The notes under the pieces are model-generated. The model did no database searches. It worked only from the letters and a program-made list of their open reading frames with translations, and had not been told where the DNA came from. A stretch of 64,000 nt of DNA from Entomortierella parvispora E1425 (lineage: Eukaryota > Fungi > Mortierellomycota): NCBI GenBank assembly GCA_020891255.1, contig BQFW01000015.1:1674001-1738000 (forward strand), written 5' to 3'. The position numbers were made by a program, and so were the translations under genes. The first letter of the stretch is position 1; each line of letters starts with the position of its first letter. Below are positions 59,490-64,000 of this stretch, one piece after another.

Positions 59490-62028
59490 ATGTCGTTGAA
59501 GCTAGAGCCAGAGACCATGGAGATCTCCTCCCTCACTTCTTCAGTACCTCCATTACCGCCCACCATTTCAACAACGGTACTGCCCTCTTCTTCAACTCCG
59601 CAGGCGGATGCGCTCCCAAGCGCATCAGTGGACTCTCCACGGATAGCGCAGCCGTTGGCCAATGGCAACAGTAACAGCAATGGAAGCAATGCTGGCTCCA
59701 GTCAAGTCGCCAGTACCCCCAGGTCAACAGAGGAGTTGGCGCGAGGTCCTCTAGGATTGACTGCGGATGAAGAGGAATGGGTCAGGAGCAGGATGGAATA
59801 CGCCATGCATGAGTAAGGATGGGAGATGCACAGCATGAAGAACGGAGGCATCATGTCTTTCTTGGCTTTTGTCACGCCTCTGACAAAGGCCGTTCTTTTT
59901 TATATTTTCTTCTGTTTTGCTCGTAGCTTCGAGGTGTTGGCACTTGCCATTAAACGATACAAATGGCAGTTGGGTCAAGTACCAAAGGACGTCAGAAGAC
60001 TTCAAAGTCTTAAAGACAAGCACATGGAAGACCCGTTTGAGTTTCTTCGGCAACTGAAGACCAAGGTATGGAACTACACGACTTTGTTTGAGCAAAAGGT
60101 TCTTCCGGCACAAATGATGGGCTTTCAGTTTTTTTTCTAACGTGTTGTTTTTTTAATCCTTACCAGGAGTTTCGATATCCGGAAGGCCAGAAGACTCTAC
60201 CGGCTCCCACGATAGAATGGTCCAAATACCAGTACCCTCCTGCCAATCCGATCGTACCCACAAAGCCTCAGACAGTCAGTTTCCTGGTAATTTTTTTATG
60301 ATACATTCGAATATCACCCCATATGAAAAGCAAAGAGTTTTCAATAGAATCAGGCGAGCTGAATTCAGGGTCTCTTTTTTCTTGCAACAGGGACCAAAAG
60401 TGTTTGCCTCTAACAACGATCGTCGCAATGTTGTATCGTTGCATTCAAAAAGTCGTTCCAGAGCCGGATCACCCTCTTATGAACGGCTGCGGACAGTCAA
60501 GGACACAGCGCGGAGTCTTGGGATCCATGTCAGTCATCGTCATCATCAACCGCAATATCCCAATCAGGACACCAATGGCTTGCATGGCGGTCGGATAGAC
60601 CGAAATTATGGAGACGATACTCAGCTGCAGCCCAAGGCCGACCCTGGCCACTTGATCGAGAGCCGACCTTTGTCCAGGCAGACCTCTCAGGAATTCGTGC
60701 CACGGGATCGGGAGTACAGTCAAACACCGAGTGTCTCTGTTGGGGCCTCTGCGAGTGAGATGGAAGGCATTGTTTACTCTACTTCACAGCCGACAACGGC
60801 TTCTGGAGCCCGAGCCAGATCTGCGACGGTCACGGATCACCATCTCGCGAAGATCCACCAGTACCCAAGTCATACCATTCCAGTAGACTCTCATTTGGTG
60901 GGAGGGTCATCTCCCGGGGTCGTGCCACATTCATCGTCGGATCCCCCGTCTATTCACCAGAACAGTAACAACCACCAGAACCGAAATATCACCATCAATC
61001 ACATGAGCGGGAGCGTTGTGGATATTCAACCCTCCAAGGCCAAAGCCACCTCGAGGGAAGGAAGCGGAGCTCGCGAAGAACCACCCAAACCCCCACTGTT
61101 CAACATTCCCTGGAGTGACGACGAACAACGATTGCTGGAAAAACTCTTGGATGAATACCCTGATGAGCCTGTGGCGGCCCAACGATTCCAAAAGATTTCG
61201 GCCGCCATGGGTACCCGAACCCCCAAGCAGGTGGCGAGTCGAGTTCAAAAGTATTTCATCAAACTGGTTAAAGCAGGATTGGAGGCCCCAGGTCGGATGA
61301 ACTATGCATTGGAACCCAAGAAGCCTGTGGCCAAAGGAACATCCCCCTCCAAAGGAAAGAAGCGCAAGGATGGCCCTCCAGGAGGCGAAGCTGCTGCCAA
61401 ACCCAAGGCGAGCCGACCCAAGAAAAAGGAAGAGGGCTCTCGTGCAGGATCTTCAGCACCGTCCACAAAAAAACAAAAGGCAAAGTCATTACTGGGCTCT
61501 GGCTTCGGAAGAACTTCGGGAACACAGTACTTGAATTATTCCTCAGCACCGACTGTATATATGAGCGAGGAAGATGACGAGGAGAATGTTCAGGATATGA
61601 TGGGCGCTAGTCATGGGTATGCAGCTCCGGCTGCGACAAATGGCGTTGTCAGTCATCTCGGATTTGCCGTAAGTGATAGCACAATGGATTTTCTATCCTT
61701 CCTTTTCTTTGTGCAATGGCTGCAATTATTTCGTTTTCTCGTAAGCTGATCTTGAAAGAAACTGTTCTCGTTCATCTTTTTGAAAATTTAGTGCGATTCT
61801 TGTGGAGTAGAGCCGATCTTGGGGACGCGCTATTCTTGTATGAACTGTGAAGAGTTCGGAGGAACGGATCTCTGCGGCTCTTGCTTTTACTCTGGAAACT
61901 ACCAAACGGATTACCATCTGGCGTCCCACCAGTTCCAAGCTGTTGAAACTGCAGAGGCTGTCTCTTACGGCACCGACTATGGCCGGTCATCGAGCGCAGG
62001 ACCAAGTAATCGTGTTTATCACCATTGA
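59490..62028 (+). CDS. ZZZ3: ZZZ3-like protein (SANT/Myb + ZZ zinc finger; ATAC complex subunit homolog)
   Basis: [24 protein letters not shown]; [23 protein letters not shown]...[38 protein letters not shown]; HLGFA|[19 protein letters not shown]...DLCGSC. Confidence 0.85.
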
Positions 62029-62184
62029 ATAGAGCAATAAAGAAAAAAAGCGCCACCAACAGCACTTACACGTGACTGGACCAACTTTTTTTTTTTTTTT
62101 TTGTCAAAAGGACGAAATGCATGCACTTTCAGCCTTTTGATGAGCTCCTTTGCCCGACACCTCATTCAACGACTGAACGCGACA

Positions 62185-62779
62185 ATGTCCAGCCACCAAC
62201 AACCTACCTACGTGGACTCCAAAGTCCTCAAGGCTCTTCTTGAAGACAAGTCAAAGATTCCTGGAAAGGACTACCTTGTGATTGATGTTCGCGATGTCGA
62301 CTACGCCGTATGTGAAAAATATATATATTTGTCAAGTCCACTCTTGTTTTGATTTAGCCCACTCCCCTTTGTATCTTCCATATCCCCAGAGCCAACGAAA
62401 AACAAACACAGGTCCTCGTCTTTACGCAACCTTCTCTCTTTTTAACCTTCGCGTGTGCTTTTTTTGTTTCTAGGGTGGCCATATCCCCGGAGGCGTGAAC
62501 ATTCCCTCTTCTGAACTTGTGGATCATCTTCCAACCCTGATTGAGAAGCACAAGGATGTCCCCCAACTCTTTTTCCACTGCGCTATGTCTCAGATCCGAG
62601 GACCCAAAGCCGCTCGTCGGTGGTCCGAGGCTTTGGCAAACAGAGAAGTTGAGACTCAAACGCGTTCCACTCAACAGGTCCACATCTTGCGCGGTGGATT
62701 TGGACACTGGCAACGGCTTTACAAGGACGATAAGAATCTGGTTATCGACTACCAACCGGAATACCATGAGGATTATTAA
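62185..62779 (+). CDS. YCH1: Cdc25-like rhodanese phosphatase/arsenate reductase (Ych1/Ibp1/Acr2 type), 2 exons
   Basis: LVIDVRDVDYA|GGHIPG, the FHCAMSQIRGP (HCx5R) active site, and ILRGGF. Confidence 0.85.
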
Positions 62780-62826
62780 TTAAACTTAGGAGCAATAGGT
62801 GGAGCAATCGAGATGTTTGTAATATT

Positions 62827-64000
62827 TTATAAAAATGTGCTCGAGCTTTTGAGCTGATCCAGATCGTATTGGGCTATGCAATTGAGTAGCTCCCCGCTTG
62901 TCACGACATCCACATTCTTGCCAAGAGGTCGCGCAAGTTCCATGCACGCCTTTACTTCTGTGCGTAGTTTTTTCACTTTCAGGACGCCATCGTTGACTTG
63001 ATCATAAACAAGTAAATGTTTTTTCATCATAGGTTTTGCTGAGTTGTGACCATCCTGAGTATGGATCTCCTGTCGAAAGAGCTGCGATACTACTTTCCCC
63101 CCTCCCGCTCGAATCATTAACGCAATATCATCCCGCGAAGGCTTCACAAAGGCGCCTGTGAGTTGAATCTCATAGCCACTAAAAAGTTTGGGTTCCTTTG
63201 ATGATAAAAAAAAAAAAAAAGAGAGGTGATCGAACATGTAAGCAGAGCGGTTATTGTCACTATGAAGAAAGTTCGAGACCAACGACTTACTCCTTGCTCG
63301 AGGCTTCTCCTTGATCTCTCAGCGCCATTGTTTCCAAATTCGTTGTTGTAGAGCAAAAACGGTCTCTCATCGATCCAGTAGCCCGCTTCCATGGATGCCT
63401 CCAGCCCTAATGAGCAATTGGTTTCCAAGAGTTAAACCAAATACTGCAGTCTGAACTCGATGGATACACTGTCAATCAGTCTGATATATCCTGAATATCT
63501 TACATTCAAATCGCAAAACCCAAGACCCTCGTAAAAGACCAAGGAAAAACTTGACAGTTCGCCCGCCTCCTTCTAAACATTGTTTCTCGGCTATAATCAA
63601 AAAGACGCGTCAGTTGGGGATCGTAAATGAAGCAGTGTTGGATCGCAGGGTAACTTACTAATATTCAGAACTACGTGAGTGCATCTTGTAGAGAGATCAT
63701 CAACCGTTTTTGCCCGGAGTGCTTTCGATATGGCTTCCAATCGCATCTGGAAAAAGAGAAGAGCAAACTATTAGTAATTGCCACGCTATCATTTACAGGG
63801 TAATATTAGCCATATTGGTACCTTCTTAGAAGAGGTCAAACTGGTGCCACTCAGAATAAATTCCTTTTCCGTTGACTCCTTTGCTCGATCTGGGGTGGAA
63901 CGAGCTAAAGTTGGGACTGACGGCTCTTCCTTTGGTAAAACAAGAGGGGGTTCGTCTACTTGTGGCTGAAGTGTAGGCAAATCAGACAAATCGGGTTCTT
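62827..64000 (-). CDS. Tandem-BRCT protein of BRCA1/BARD1 type (C-terminal part; gene continues beyond the window)
   Basis: ASMEAGYWIDERPF...GAERSRRSLEQG|EPKLFSGYEIQLTGAFVKPSRDDIALMIRAGGGKV...ELLNCIAQY matches the BRCA1/BARD1 tandem-BRCT layout. Confidence 0.7.

Noticed and set aside
1-64000. CRISPR arrays, rRNA genes or U12-type (RTATCCTT) introns
   Set aside because: No repeat-spacer arrays or rRNA seen; the RTATCCTT matches I found fall in coding or intergenic sequence, not at intron donors.

Overview
Intron-rich fungal genomic DNA. The gene set and intron style suggest an early-diverging fungus, probably Mortierellaceae/Mucoromycota; this is inference. About 21 host protein genes are present: SEC24, two GGCT/AIG2-like paralogs, Integrator INTS9, two RING-H2 ligases, mitochondrial EF-G2, an XPG/FEN-family nuclease, Misato/DML1, a BLOC1S4-like protein, ADI1, UNC-45/She4, BTA1, a DUF3712-like secreted protein, GST-kappa, AP-1 gamma, a ZZZ3-like protein, a Ych1-type rhodanese, a BRCA1/BARD1-type tandem-BRCT gene and orphans. 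There is also one tRNA-Gly(GCC) and two DNA mobile elements. (1) A Crypton tyrosine-recombinase element (about 39309-43343) is bounded by a 12-bp direct repeat. (2) The highlight is a 6.3-kb element (49062-55350) with imperfect terminal inverted repeats and a target-site duplication, inserted in a small host gene. It encodes no transposase, only one five-exon gene fusing an N-terminal XPG/FEN-like PIN nuclease to a Fanzor (eukaryotic TnpB-like, putatively RNA-guided RuvC nuclease), with a candidate omegaRNA region at its 3' end. This copy carries one frameshift and two in-frame stops. All exon models were assembled by eye from GT/GC-AG sites and reading-frame continuity; no database searches were run.
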